Shown in pieces: positions 18,811 through 27,481 of a DNA stretch of 32,000 nucleotides. Location of the stretch: assembly GCF_049243625.1 (NCBI RefSeq), contig NZ_CP046975.1. One strand, given 5' to 3'. Source of the stretch: Corynebacterium amycolatum (lineage in GTDB: Bacteria > Actinomycetota > Actinomycetes > Mycobacteriales > Mycobacteriaceae). Each line of letters begins with the position of its first letter. Within the stretch, counting starts at the first letter, position 1. The notes under the pieces are model-generated. The model had not been told where the DNA came from, searched no databases, and saw nothing but the letters and a program-made list of their open reading frames with translations. The translations under genes were made by a program, and so were the position numbers.

Positions 18811-18860
18811 CGACGAATTTCGGCGAATGCCGGAAAATATCGGCGAACTTCGGCGTTCGA
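18811..18860. repeat. Five tandem degenerate 10-bp units phased at exactly 10 bp (consensus about CGGCGAAnTT)
   Basis: Read directly: cgacgaattt / cggcgaatgc / cggaaaatat / cggcgaactt / cggcgttcga. Two weaker units precede them (tcgtttcgtc, tttcgaactt at 18791-18810). The array lies 65-115 bp upstream of the 18747 start codon. Confidence 0.7.
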
Positions 18861-18876
18861 AAACTGAAAACTCCTT

Positions 18877-18921
18877 AAAAATTTCTAGCGCCCCTCACCT
18901 TAATGGGGTGAGGGGCGCTAG
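18877..18921 (-). terminator. Rho-independent terminator downstream of fadD
   Basis: A perfect 15-bp GC-rich stem (ctagcgcccctcacc 18885-18899 pairs with ggtgaggggcgctag 18907-18921) has a 7-nt loop. On the minus strand it is followed by AAATTTTTAAGGAGTTTTCAGTTTTCG. It starts about 50 nt after the fadD stop. Confidence 0.75.
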
Positions 18922-18971
18922 CGCGGTAACAACACGCTGCCGTTTTCTATCGACAGCGGCTTGACAGTGAA

Positions 18972-20804
18972 TTAACGCTGGTAGAGAGCCTCAATGTCGC
19001 GCGAGTAGTTGTCCATGACAATGTTGCGCTTGACCTTCATCGTCGGGGTCAGCTCGCCGCTTTCCTCGGTGAAGTCCTTGTCCAGGATGTGGAACTTCTT
19101 AATAGCCTCTGCGTGAGAAACCAGCTCATTAGCGGAGTTGACGGCATCCTGAATCTCGGCGCGCAAAACTGCGCTGGAGGCAGCGAGTTCACGGATCGAG
19201 GTGTGCTCGGGGACGGAGTGCTCAATCTTCCACTTCTCCAGTGCCTCCTCATCGAGGGTGACCAACACGGAGACGAACGGACGACCATCGCCGATGACGA
19301 CTGCCTGGGACACCAGCGGGTGCGCACGCATGCGGTCTTCCATCGGGCCCGGCGCGACATTCTTACCACCGGCGGTGACAATGAGGTCCTTCTTGCGGCC
19401 GGTGATCTTCAGGTGACCTTCTTCGGTCAGCTCACCGAGGTCGCCAGTCTTAAACCATTCGCCGTCGATGAAGGCATCCTTGGTTGCCTCTTCGTTCTTC
19501 CAGTAGCGGTCAAACACAACCGGACCGCGCAGCAGAACTTCGCCATCATCAGCGATAGCGGCGGAACAGCCACCAACTGGACGACCAACGGTGCCAATGA
19601 TTTGCTCGCCCGGGTTGTTCACGGTGATGGCAGCCGTGGACTCGGTCAGACCGTAGCCTTCGTAGACAGGTACACCGAGACCGCGGAAGAAGTGCCCGAG
19701 GTCAGAGGACAGAGCCGAACCACCGGAGATGGTGTACTGAACGGCGTCACCCATAGCTGCGCGAATCTTCGAGAACAGCAGGCGATCGTAGAGCTGGCGA
19801 CGCAGCTTCAAGACACGCGACGGACCTGCCGGAGTATCCAGCGCCTTGGAGTACTCGATGGCGGTGGCCTCAGCACGCTCGAACATGGCCAGACCGAATG
19901 CGCCCTTCTCCTTAGCGGAGGCGTAGGCGGAGTCACGAACCTTCTCGAACACGCGCGGCACACCGAGAATCAGGTGCGGACGAGAACGCTGGAACTCCAG
20001 GGTGACGGTCTTGGTATCAGCCCAGTGAGACTGGGTAGCACCAGCGATAATCGAAGCCAGGGACACTGCGTGAGCCAACACGTGCGCCAACGGCAGGAAG
20101 GTCAGAATGCGGTTACCCGGACGGGCAATCAGGCCAATCTCGTTGGTGAGGATGGCGCGGGCCTCCGCCAGCCAGTTGCTGTGCAGGAGCACGCAGCCCT
20201 TCGGACGGCCAGTGGTACCGGAGGTGTAAATCACGGTTGCCAGGTCGTCGGCCTTGGTGTCCTTGATGCGACGCTCGACCTCGTCGCCGTCAATGTCACG
20301 GCCTTCGTAGCTAATGGTGTCAGTAGCGGAAGCGTTAATCTCCAGCACACGACGCAGCTGAGACTCGCCCTCCGGGTTCTCGGCGCCTTTTTCGACCAGC
20401 AGCGGCTTCATGCGGTCGGTATGCTCACGCGACTCAGTAAATGCGAAAACAGCACCGGAGTTTTCAATAATCCAACGAATCTGGCCAGACGAAGAAGAGC
20501 CGTAAATCGGGACAACAGCGGCGCCCGCCATCCAGATAGCGGTATTGATCAGGTTCCACTCGTAGCGAGTCTCACTGAGCAGCGCTACGCGGTCGCCCGG
20601 CTGAACACCATTGGCGATTAGCCCCTTAGCGACCCCCTTTGCCTCGTCATAAAACTCCTGAGCGGTGACATTTACCCACTCAAAGTTCTTGGGGCGGGTG
20701 AAAAGCACCAGCTTCGGGCGCTTCTGCACCAGCTCCTGCAGCGAGGTAATAATCGTTTCGTCCTCGCCGATGACGTATTTCGCCTCGGTAGTATATTCAC
20801 GCAT
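18972..20804 (-). CDS. fadD: Long-chain fatty acid--CoA ligase (AMP-forming, FadD15-like)
   Basis: 610 aa with the AMP-binding motif IYTSGTTGRPKGCVLLH, the later GYGLTE and TGDLGE motifs, and a C-terminal KVKRN. Confidence 0.9.
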   Translation of the reverse strand: MREYTTEAKYVIGEDETIITSLQELVQKRPKLVLFTRPKNFEWVNVTAQEFYDEAKGVAKGLIANGVQPGDRVALLSETRYEWNLINTAIWMAGAAVVPIYGSSSSGQIRWIIENSGAVFAFTESREHTDRMKPLLVEKGAENPEGESQLRRVLEINASATDTISYEGRDIDGDEVERRIKDTKADDLATVIYTSGTTGRPKGCVLLHSNWLAEARAILTNEIGLIARPGNRILTFLPLAHVLAHAVSLASIIAGATQSHWADTKTVTLEFQRSRPHLILGVPRVFEKVRDSAYASAKEKGAFGLAMFERAEATAIEYSKALDTPAGPSRVLKLRRQLYDRLLFSKIRAAMGDAVQYTISGGSALSSDLGHFFRGLGVPVYEGYGLTESTAAITVNNPGEQIIGTVGRPVGGCSAAIADDGEVLLRGPVVFDRYWKNEEATKDAFIDGEWFKTGDLGELTEEGHLKITGRKKDLIVTAGGKNVAPGPMEDRMRAHPLVSQAVVIGDGRPFVSVLVTLDEEALEKWKIEHSVPEHTSIRELAASSAVLRAEIQDAVNSANELVSHAEAIKKFHILDKDFTEESGELTPTMKVKRNIVMDNYSRDIEALYQR

Positions 20805-20958
20805 CGAGTTACAAACCCCTACTTTCGGTAGTTCTGTCCGTCGTTGGTTTCGTTAGGAATCAACTTAGAACATCAAACCCTGCGCCGTTGTGATTTCACT
20901 AAATATTTCGATAACGAAGTGATTTGTCTTACTACTGGCAAAGTTTTTCTAAACTGGC

Positions 20959-23178
20959 ATGATGGAAAGAGTGACACAGGCAGCTTCCAATCCTCCCCTT
21001 TCCTCTCCGCTCGCCGACCTCGCTAAAGATGTCGGAGTTGGGGTTTCCTACTACTCCACCGAGGGCCAACTTGTGCACGTCTCTCGTGAGACAGTGCTAA
21101 AAACTCTCGCTGCTCTCGACATCGATTTGGGCCCAAATCCGAGTGATGCCGAAATCAACGACGCCCGTCGTGAGTGGGCGGACACGCAGTGGTCTCGCCT
21201 TCTCCCACCCGTGGTAGTTACCCGCCAGGGCATCTTCCACCGAGTTCTGGTTCACGTACCACACGGCAGCAATGTCAGCGTGACTGTGAAACTGGAGGAT
21301 GGCGCAGAATGGCCCTGCGCACAGGTGCACCACTTGGTTCCACCACGCCAGGTCGGCGATGTGTTGATGGGAGAAGCCGCCTTCGCAATTCCAGAGGATC
21401 TGCCACTTGGTTGGCACCGCTTGCGTGCAGTCAACGACGACAACGTCGCTGAGTGCGATGTGGCCGTAACCCCCAACCGTCTCGCTACTGCCGACAAGTA
21501 CGTGCAGAATCCTGCGCATGGCGTCATGGCACAGCTGTACTCGGTACGCTCCAGCCGCAGCTGGGGTATCGGCGATTTCGCTACCCTCGGCGACTTGGCA
21601 CAGGTCAGCGCTCAGCACGCGGGCTCTGATTTCGTCCTCATCAATCCGTTGCACGCCGCAGAACCGCTGCCTCCGGTAGAAGACTCACCGTACCTGCCCA
21701 CCACGCGCCGCTATGTCAATCCGCTGTACGCACGGCCAGAGCTTATCGACGAGTTCGGGTACCTGGACAAGGACGAGGCCGATGAAGCCCGTGCGCTAGC
21801 GAACTCTTTCCACCAGCTCAATCACAGCCCTGATGAGATTGACCGCAACCCCATCTACGCTGCAAAGCTCAAGGTATTGCGGGCAATTCACAAGATTCCC
21901 CTGTCCAGCGCACGCCAGGCGGAATTTGACCGTTGGCTGGAGGCCGAGGGCCGTGGCATATACGACTACGCGTCGTGGTGCACCGAGCGCGAGCTCGCGG
22001 ATCGCGCTGCTGCCCGCGATGCTGCCCGCGCTGCCACTTCCGATTCTGGTGCCGTAGCCGAGAACGATATCGAGTTGGTTCCACCGTTGGGCAACCACGC
22101 CAGTGTCGAATCTCTGCGGGAGGAAATCCTCCAGTTCCACCTCTGGGTGCAGTGGATTCTCGATCAGCAGCTCGGTCAGGCACAAGAGGCAGCCCTGGAT
22201 GCGGGTATGCGCATCGGCATCATGGCCGACCTTGCCGTCGGCGTGCACCCCGGCGGTGCGGATGCCAAGAACCTTGCGGCTTGGCTCGCTCCTGCTATCT
22301 CTGTTGGCGCACCGCCAGACGGATTTAACCAGCGCGGCCAAGACTGGTCGCAGCCGCCGTGGAACCCGCACAAGCTAGCCGAGGCCGGCTATCGCCCGTG
22401 GCGCGACATGCTGCGCACAATCCTTCGCCACGCAGGTGGCATTCGTGTTGACCACGTGCTGGGTATGTTCCGCCTCTGGGTCATGCCGCGGATGGAGTCC
22501 CCCGTCAATGGCACCTACCTGTACTTCGACCACGAGGCCATGGTCGGCATTCTCGCACTTGAGGCCGAGCTTGCTGGGGCCGTCGTGGTAGGCGAAGACC
22601 TGGGCACTTTCGAGCCGTGGGTGCAGGACTACCTAGCTTCGCGGGGCATCATGGGCACCTCAATCGTGTGGTTTGAATCCGAAGGCGACCAGCCGAAACC
22701 ACCGAGCGCTTACCGCAGCCTGTGCTTGTCCTCCGTCACCACGCACGATTTGCCGCCGACAGCAGGCTATCTCGCAGGCGAACACATCAAACTGCGGGAA
22801 CGCCTGGGGCTATTGCTTTCCGACGTCGCGGAGGAAGACCGCCGGGACTTCGAGTGGATTCGAAAGGTTTTGGGCGCGGCCAAGGAAGCCGGATGTTTCG
22901 GTGACACGGCTGCGGCAGACATGGATGTTCAGTCCCTCACCCGCGATAATCTGCCACCAATTGACGCGCTGGTCACGGGTTTGCACCGCTTCCTCGACCA
23001 GACGCCATCCGCGCTGAAGTGCGAGGCGCTGGTGGACATGGTTGGCGACCGCCGCACTCAGAACCAGCCGGGCACGTCCCACGACCAGTACCCGAACTGG
23101 TGTATTCCGCTAACTGATGCCGAGGGCAAGGCCGTGCTTGTCGAGGACCTGCCTCGCTTCCCCGGATTCAAGCGTTAA
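20959..23178 (+). CDS. malQ: 4-alpha-glucanotransferase (amylomaltase, GH77) with actinobacterial N-terminal extension
   Basis: 739 aa. The GH77 core includes SWGIGDF, SPYLPTTRRYVNPLY, VRVDHVLGMFRLW and GEDLGT. The start could be 20959, 20962 or GTG 20971. Confidence 0.92.
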   Translation: MMERVTQAASNPPLSSPLADLAKDVGVGVSYYSTEGQLVHVSRETVLKTLAALDIDLGPNPSDAEINDARREWADTQWSRLLPPVVVTRQGIFHRVLVHVPHGSNVSVTVKLEDGAEWPCAQVHHLVPPRQVGDVLMGEAAFAIPEDLPLGWHRLRAVNDDNVAECDVAVTPNRLATADKYVQNPAHGVMAQLYSVRSSRSWGIGDFATLGDLAQVSAQHAGSDFVLINPLHAAEPLPPVEDSPYLPTTRRYVNPLYARPELIDEFGYLDKDEADEARALANSFHQLNHSPDEIDRNPIYAAKLKVLRAIHKIPLSSARQAEFDRWLEAEGRGIYDYASWCTERELADRAAARDAARAATSDSGAVAENDIELVPPLGNHASVESLREEILQFHLWVQWILDQQLGQAQEAALDAGMRIGIMADLAVGVHPGGADAKNLAAWLAPAISVGAPPDGFNQRGQDWSQPPWNPHKLAEAGYRPWRDMLRTILRHAGGIRVDHVLGMFRLWVMPRMESPVNGTYLYFDHEAMVGILALEAELAGAVVVGEDLGTFEPWVQDYLASRGIMGTSIVWFESEGDQPKPPSAYRSLCLSSVTTHDLPPTAGYLAGEHIKLRERLGLLLSDVAEEDRRDFEWIRKVLGAAKEAGCFGDTAAADMDVQSLTRDNLPPIDALVTGLHRFLDQTPSALKCEALVDMVGDRRTQNQPGTSHDQYPNWCIPLTDAEGKAVLVEDLPRFPGFKR

Positions 23179-23256
23179 TTGGTTCGTGAGCGACTAATCC
23201 CTCATTTTTGCTGTTCACCGATCTTTCAGGTTATGTGCCCGGCACTAAAACCGAGG

Positions 23257-23352
23257 CTAAAACTGGAAATCGGTGACTGCACCAGCGATGAGGATAAGAA
23301 GAAGCAAAACGATTAGGGCAAGTAGGACCTTCGAGTGCCTCGACCGATGCAT
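23257..23352 (-). CDS. Candidate 31-aa hydrophobic mini-protein (below the ORF-track threshold)
   Basis: Hand translation gives MHRSRHSKVLLALIVLLLLILIAGAVTDFQF*. GGGAG lies about 13 nt upstream of the ATG. It sits in an AT-richer spacer between convergent malQ and dcp. There is no homology evidence. Confidence 0.25.
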   Translation of the reverse strand: MHRSRHSKVLLALIVLLLLILIAGAVTDFQF

Positions 23353-23536
23353 GCTAACTCAGCTCCCTACTGCGAAATATTTGCGAACTACCCAACTCTA
23401 GCCTGTTGGGCAAATTTCCTAATACTTTAAGACATACCTTAGGGCAGCGATAGCGACCCAATACTTAAAGGGGGCTTGTCCCAGCTCAATTCTTCGGGCC
23501 TCCCAGTGAGCTATCCGCGGGCCACTACCGCATCGG

Positions 23537-23752
23537 CTAGCTGTCGCTGCCCGCTCCTCGACACTCCTGCGAACGCTCCCGCCGGCGCACCGACCACTGC
23601 CACAGACGACCGCTGACGACATCGATTGCACCAACGAGAACGAAAGCAACAAACCCTCCGACTACCAGCAGAACTGCGCATAGCACGCTGACCTGCGCAA
23701 GCAGTGGCAATTGAATAAGCCACTGCCCTACCCTGTCGAATGCTTCAGCCAT
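23537..23752 (-). CDS. Candidate small membrane protein (~71 aa) downstream of dcp
   Basis: The track ORF 23537-23761 starts at TTG; an ATG at 23752 has GGTAGG about 10 nt upstream. The product is MAEAFDRVGQWLIQLPLLAQVSVLCAVLLVVGGFVAFVLVGAIDVV... with a basic tail (RRRERSQE). I recognised no family. Confidence 0.35.
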   Translation of the reverse strand: MAEAFDRVGQWLIQLPLLAQVSVLCAVLLVVGGFVAFVLVGAIDVVSGRLWQWSVRRRERSQECRGAGSDS

Positions 23753-23827
23753 GAGTGTCAACCTACCCTGCCGGTGACCGGAATAACTAGTGGGCGGCCG
23801 TCGCGGCGCTCGTCGTAAAGCGTGAAG

Positions 23828-25882
23828 CTAGGCATCAGTGCCCGACAGCCCGCGGCGTTCGAGGAGCGGCTGGATGTCCTTGTCGCGACCTCGGAAGGCA
23901 CGGTAGGCGGCCATAAAATCGATGGCACCACCACGGGAGAGAATCTCCTCGCGGAAGTGGCTGCCGCCGCCGATTGTGGCGCCGCCGTTGTCGGTGAACC
24001 AACCGAAACCGTCCGCGTCGAGAACCTCCGCCCACAGGTAGGAGTAATAGCCTGCCGAGTAACCGCCGGCGAAGATGTGGTTGAAGTAGCGGGAGCGGTA
24101 ACGCGGAGCCAGGTGGGGAACGTCGAGGCCGAGTTCGGCGAGTGCTTCCGCTTCGAAAGCGTCAACATCAGTGACATGAGCTGCCTCCTCCTCAGTGAGG
24201 CTGTGCCAGGCGAGATCGATGGCGCACGCCGCGAGGTATTCAACCGTGGCGAATCCCTCACCAGCGGTGCGGGCCTTCTTCACCGACTCGACTAGCTCGG
24301 CCGGAATCGGCTCACCGGTACGAACGTGGACGGCGTAATTGGCCAGAATGGACGGCTCAAGCGCCCAGTTCTCGTTGATCTGAGAGGGGAATTCCACGAA
24401 GTCGCGCGGGACGTTAGTGCCCGAGAAGGTCGGGTACGTGACGTCGGAAAGCAGACCGTGGAGGGCATGCCCGAACTCGTGGAAAGCAGTGGTGACCTCG
24501 TCGAGTGTCAGCAGCACCGGGGTTCCCGGCTCGGTTTCGGCGATGTTCATCACGTTGACCACGACTGGCAGGCGCCCCAACAGACGGGACTGATCCCTAA
24601 ACGAGCTCATCCACGCACCACCGCGCTTGGTCGGACGCGAGAAGTAGTCTGTGATAATCAGGCCGATGGTCTCGCCTCCGCCCTGGCGTACCTCCCACAC
24701 GGTCGTGCCCGGCGCGTATCCCTGCAGTTCCTCGCGCTTGACTACCTCGATGCCGTAGAGCTTGCGGGCAGCGTAGAACACGCCGTCTTCGATGACACGG
24801 TGCAGCTCGAAGTAGTTCTTGAGTTCATCCGTGTCGACTGCGAATTCTTCCGCTTTACGACGGCGCTCCCAGTACGGCCAGTCAGCGCCAGTTACCGTCT
24901 CATCGCCAGCCAGATCAGCGACCCGCTTGTACTCACCTTCAGCATTGGCAATGGCAGCTGGCGCCAGGTCTGCAATGAGCTTCCGAGCAGCCTCTGCGGT
25001 GGTTGCCGTCTCCTTGGCAATGACGTAATCCGCATGCGTGTCGTAGCCGAGCAGCTTGGCACGGCGGGCACGCAAGCGCGCCATTTCCAGCACAATGTCG
25101 GAGTTGTCGAACTTGCCGGAGGCAGCACCCGAGCGCCCCAGCGAGGCTTCGTAGAGCTTGGCGCGAGTAGCCGGATTATCGAGGTCAGCCAGCTGTGCAG
25201 GAGTTGATGGTAGGTCCAGTGGAATCAGCCACGGCGCATCGGTGTCTGCCTTTTTCGCGTAGGCGGCGAAGGACGCAATGGCATCGTCGGAAAGCCCGGC
25301 GAGTTCTTCGCGGTCGTAGATTTCCACGGCGCGCGCAACGGTGTCCTTCAGCAGGTTTTCGCCGAAGGCGGTGGAAAGCTCAGAGAGGCGGGAATTGATG
25401 CGGCTAAGCTCGGTTTTGTCCTCGTCGCTGAGGTCCGCACCGGCGCGCTGGAAGTCCTCGCGGACCTTCTTCAGCAGCAGCTTCGCTTCTTCCGGGTTGG
25501 CGGCATCGTCAACGCTGTCAATGGCATTGATGCGCTGCCACAGGTCACTGCGCATGCGAATCTGATCCAGGTGTGCTGTGAGCTGCGGGGCAATCTCGGC
25601 TTCAATTTCCATGCGGACATCGGTGGCGTCCGTGCCGGCAACGTTGAAGAAATAAGCAGCGACGCGGTCCAGATCTTGGCCCGCCTTCTCCATTGCCTCG
25701 ATGGTGTTAACAAAGGTCGGTGCCTCCGACGACGTGGCGATGGCGTCAATCTCGCGTGTATGGCTACGCATTGCTTCGCTAAACGCCTCGCGGACGTGGC
25801 TGTCATCGATTGCCGCAAAATCTGGCAATTCGCAGAACAATTCCGACGGTGTCAACAGTGGATTTCGTGCATCATTAGTCAT
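23828..25882 (-). CDS. dcp: Peptidyl-dipeptidase Dcp (M3 family zinc metallopeptidase)
   Basis: It has the HEFGHALH zinc motif and M3-type sequence throughout. The track start 25984 would overlap the divergent esterase start. The ATG at 25882 (MTNDARNPLLTPSELF...) gives the usual ~684 aa. Confidence 0.9.
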   Translation of the reverse strand: MTNDARNPLLTPSELFCELPDFAAIDDSHVREAFSEAMRSHTREIDAIATSSEAPTFVNTIEAMEKAGQDLDRVAAYFFNVAGTDATDVRMEIEAEIAPQLTAHLDQIRMRSDLWQRINAIDSVDDAANPEEAKLLLKKVREDFQRAGADLSDEDKTELSRINSRLSELSTAFGENLLKDTVARAVEIYDREELAGLSDDAIASFAAYAKKADTDAPWLIPLDLPSTPAQLADLDNPATRAKLYEASLGRSGAASGKFDNSDIVLEMARLRARRAKLLGYDTHADYVIAKETATTAEAARKLIADLAPAAIANAEGEYKRVADLAGDETVTGADWPYWERRRKAEEFAVDTDELKNYFELHRVIEDGVFYAARKLYGIEVVKREELQGYAPGTTVWEVRQGGGETIGLIITDYFSRPTKRGGAWMSSFRDQSRLLGRLPVVVNVMNIAETEPGTPVLLTLDEVTTAFHEFGHALHGLLSDVTYPTFSGTNVPRDFVEFPSQINENWALEPSILANYAVHVRTGEPIPAELVESVKKARTAGEGFATVEYLAACAIDLAWHSLTEEEAAHVTDVDAFEAEALAELGLDVPHLAPRYRSRYFNHIFAGGYSAGYYSYLWAEVLDADGFGWFTDNGGATIGGGSHFREEILSRGGAIDFMAAYRAFRGRDKDIQPLLERRGLSGTDA

Positions 25883-25895
25883 AGTGAATTCAACT

Positions 25896-25926
25896 GTAGC
25901 GTGCTCGAAAACGCGAGCGCGACTAC
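25896..25926. promoter_or_regulatory. Imperfect inverted repeat in the dcp/esterase divergent spacer
   Basis: gtagcgtgctcg-aaaa-cgcgagcgcgactac gives about 12 paired positions with one bulge and one G-T mismatch. It lies centrally in the ~100-bp divergent intergenic region. Function is unknown. Confidence 0.3.
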
Positions 25927-25982
25927 CACAGGCTCCCCGCCCTTCTGGCAGGACCAACAGTGACGAGGAGGCGTTTTCCGCC

Positions 25983-27257
25983 ATGACAGAGACGACTATT
26001 TCCGCTCCCTGCGGGCAACTGACTGGCCGGATTCACGATGGCACAATACAAGTTTTCAATATCGATTACGCAGATGCTGCTCCGTTTGCCGCGTCGGCAC
26101 CAGTGGCCGACGGCCCACAGTCAGGCACTCGGCGCTGTGAGCCCGAGCGCGAGTTAGTTCTCACCGTCACCGCACCGACTGGGCCCGCGGACGCTTCCTA
26201 CCCCGTATTGCTGTGGATTCACGGTGGTAGCTACGAGTTTGGGCACCCCTCCGAGCCCTGGACGGACGCGACGGCTTTTGCACAGGCCGGCATCATCACC
26301 GTTTCGCTCGGATACCGCAAGGGACTGGAGGGATTCTGGCGCGACAGTCAAACAGAGACCTACCGGGCCATTGATGATCTGTATCTGGGGCTGCAGTGGG
26401 CCCGTCGGAACGCGCCTGCCTTCGGCGGCGATATCGACAACATCACTATCTCGGGGCAATCGGCGGGTGCGGCGCTGGCGCTCACCCTCGCGGCCGACGA
26501 ACGCACGCGCGGTCAGATTCAGCGCACCATCGCCATGTCGCCGGCCTTCTCGCTGCTGTCCGGTTCGCGCCTCCGCCGCACGTTGGCGGGCATCGGTGTG
26601 GGACGTGCGCCGTCCACCGAGGTCTTTTCGCGAGCCGACGAACGCAGGGTCGCTCGGGCCCAGAAATTGGTTTCGGCATCCTCGCCTTCGGATCCGGCAA
26701 TTGGGCCTCGCTTTGACAGCTTTGCTCCCACACTGCCCACGATGGTGACCGCCACCAGCGAAGAGTTCTTCTCAGAACCTCCGGTTGTGGCGATGGACAA
26801 GTTGCCCATGCGGGAGTGGATGGCTCGGCGCTATGCCAAGGGGCATCGCGGCCACGGCGAATTTCCGACCGGCGCCTATGCCGAGCGTCCGATGGGAAAT
26901 GTCATTTCTGACTCCGCGATTCGTTCTTACGCTGTTAAAGTCGCCGAACGGTCCGTGGCCGCTGAGCTGGATGTGTGGGCGGCACAGTTCGAACCGGGAG
27001 AAGGGTTGGGCTACGCACCTGCTGGCCGCACCAGTGGTGCTCCGCACTGCATCGATATTGCACGCTTCTTCGGTATGAAAGAGCCTAACCATCCATTCCA
27101 CCAAGTGGCGGTCGAATTCATCCGCGAGGGCACTTCGCACATGCCCCGCTACAACGACGACCGCAAGATAACCACCTTTGCTGGCGCTGACGCACAGGCA
27201 GTTGAGGGCATCGCCATCGATGCGTGGGCGGCTCCGCGCCAGCTCTTTGGCGCATAA
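25983..27257 (+). CDS. Carboxylesterase/lipase family protein (type B)
   Basis: I prefer the ATG at 25983 (MTETTISAPCGQLTGRIHDGTIQVFNIDYA...). The upstream part of the track ORF overlaps dcp and looks non-coding. It has the nucleophile elbow GQSAGA and an HGGS oxyanion-hole region (LLWIHGGSYEFG). Confidence 0.8.
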   Translation: MTETTISAPCGQLTGRIHDGTIQVFNIDYADAAPFAASAPVADGPQSGTRRCEPERELVLTVTAPTGPADASYPVLLWIHGGSYEFGHPSEPWTDATAFAQAGIITVSLGYRKGLEGFWRDSQTETYRAIDDLYLGLQWARRNAPAFGGDIDNITISGQSAGAALALTLAADERTRGQIQRTIAMSPAFSLLSGSRLRRTLAGIGVGRAPSTEVFSRADERRVARAQKLVSASSPSDPAIGPRFDSFAPTLPTMVTATSEEFFSEPPVVAMDKLPMREWMARRYAKGHRGHGEFPTGAYAERPMGNVISDSAIRSYAVKVAERSVAAELDVWAAQFEPGEGLGYAPAGRTSGAPHCIDIARFFGMKEPNHPFHQVAVEFIREGTSHMPRYNDDRKITTFAGADAQAVEGIAIDAWAAPRQLFGA

Positions 27258-27320
27258 AACGGGATTAGGCGCATGAGGCGGCTGAGGCTTGCCATTGGCC
27301 GCACCGATTAGCGCTGCTAT

Positions 27321-27416
27321 TTAGCTCGGCAAAGTCTGCATGTACTGATAAATCTCTACGCAGACCAAAATGGTAATCAGCGTGATGAGTACTGCTATGA
27401 GTTTCCTGCGATCCAT
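27321..27416 (-). CDS. Candidate 31-aa hydrophobic mini-protein (below the ORF-track threshold)
   Basis: Hand translation gives MDRRKLIAVLITLITILVCVEIYQYMQTLPS*. GGTGG lies immediately upstream of the ATG. It sits in an AT-richer spacer between the esterase and the PH-domain operon. There is no homology evidence. Confidence 0.25.
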   Translation of the reverse strand: MDRRKLIAVLITLITILVCVEIYQYMQTLPS

Positions 27417-27481
27417 AACCACCGTTCTTACCGATACACCAGGCGAGAGGCAAGCTTTCCCTCTGTGTTTAACTGTCAACT

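Noticed and set aside
18779-18964. 61-aa plus-strand ORF (MTSFSFRLSNFDEFRRMPENIGELRRS...)
   Set aside because: It is simply the translation of the 10-bp repeat array and the fadD terminator hairpin. It has no SD and runs opposite to all neighbouring genes.
27265-27453. 62-aa minus-strand track ORF (MPLAWCIGKNGGYGSQETHSS...)
   Set aside because: The composition is not protein-like and there is no SD. The 31-aa hydrophobic ORF in a different frame of the same spacer is the more plausible, though still speculative, reading.
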